Of a stretch of DNA of 64,000 nucleotides, positions 63,446-64,000 are shown one piece after another. The notes beneath the pieces are model-generated. The model was not told the origin of the DNA and ran no database searches. It worked only from the letters and a program-made list of their open reading frames with translations. Origin of the DNA: Candidatus Nealsonbacteria bacterium (GTDB taxonomy: Bacteria > Patescibacteriota > Minisyncoccia > Minisyncoccales > JANBVM01). The DNA is taken from the NCBI GenBank assembly GCA_047456315.1, contig CP179889.1, positions 56,966 through 120,965 on the forward strand. Direction: 5' to 3'. A program made the position numbers and the translations under genes. Numbering within the stretch: position 1 is the stretch's first letter; each line of letters starts with the position of its first letter.

Positions 63446-63549
63446 TTTTGAACTAAAAATTAGTGAAATTGACTTTTAAATGAAGATAATATAAATTCAA
63501 TTAATACTGACTTATCAATTATTTCTCGCTTTATCTATTTTAGATTTTT

Positions 63550-64000
63550 ATGCAAGAAATTTCAAAAAAAATTACAGGAGAGACAGAAATAACAAAAGAT
63601 ATTTTCTCTGAAATCAAAAAGGAGGTAGAAAACATCTCTGGCTTTAAAAAGAAAATTGAAGACTCGCTTAAAGGAAGATTAACGGGAATATTAGAGATTA
63701 TTTTAGGAGGAACGATATTTCTTAAGGCCTCTGACATCCATTTTGAACCAAAAGAGGAAAGTATGGATCTTCGTATTAGAATAGATGGACTTTTGCAAAG
63801 CGTTTTGTCTTTAGATAAAAAGACATACCAATCAATAATATCAAGAGTAAAGCTTCTTTCAAAGCTGCAATTAAATATTACAGATCGACCTCAGGATGGT
63901 CGGTTTTCTATTTTAATGCCACCTGAAAAAGCAGATGAGAAACCTTTGCTAATAGAAATTAGAACCTCAATCCTTCCATCTGAATACGGAGAAACAATAG
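63550..64000 (+). CDS. GspE/PilB family pilus assembly ATPase, runs off the window
   Basis: Manual translation from ATG 63550: ASDIHFEP, RIRIDGLL, RVKLLSKL, PQDGRF, IRTSILPSEYGE. Confidence 0.9.
   Translation, partial: MQEISKKITGETEITKDIFSEIKKEVENISGFKKKIEDSLKGRLTGILEIILGGTIFLKASDIHFEPKEESMDLRIRIDGLLQSVLSLDKKTYQSIISRVKLLSKLQLNITDRPQDGRFSILMPPEKADEKPLLIEIRTSILPSEYGETI

Noticed and set aside
2167-63737. Numerous 60-180 aa antisense ORFs in the track (e.g. 2167..2559, 8086..8625, 51943..52476, 59037..59417, 63540..63737)
   Set aside because: Shadow frames opposite well-supported genes, Ser/Phe/Leu-rich as expected from antisense of Lys/Glu-rich coding DNA.
1-64000. Alternative genetic code (UGA=Gly as in Gracilibacteria/Absconditabacteria)
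   Set aside because: Conserved genes are full length under code 11 and several end in TGA with ATGA overlaps (e.g. mutM/holA).

Overview
AT-rich, gene-dense bacterial chromosome segment (genetic code 11, most genes on the minus strand). It looks like Patescibacteria/CPR (Parcubacteria, Nealsonbacteria-like); this is inferred from gene content (alpha2-type GlyRS, IleRS with a histidine-phosphatase insert, mevalonate genes, RtcB, presenilin, PilB, very short 5' UTRs), not from a marker phylogeny. The backbone is housekeeping: korA, glmS, leuS, tatD, metG, glyS, recO, ileS, argS, mvaA, smpB-ssrA, infC-rpmI-rplT, polX, mvk/mvd, greA-like, EndoQ, elp3, rtcB, murE, rpsT, holA, mutM, a two-component cluster, 5'-3' exonuclease, tsaE, pilB. 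Highlights: (1) two integrase-less arrays of accessory cassettes (13.6-16.9 kb and 24.6-27.7 kb) bounded by repeated tRNA-Asn-like 3' ends, a shared GC-rich module and putative recombinase-tail relics; (2) one cassette carries a complete cobalamin riboswitch upstream of a secreted transcobalamin-like protein and a membrane-anchored partner; (3) elp3 lies head-to-head with a Trm9-like methyltransferase, start codons 1 bp apart; (4) a leader-peptide attenuator precedes the greA-like gene; (5) a short 6S-like RNA; (6) a LAGLIDADG gene abuts the tmRNA 3' end; (7) a small island flanked by a duplicated tatD 5' end. All calls come from reading the sequence by eye; no database searches were run.
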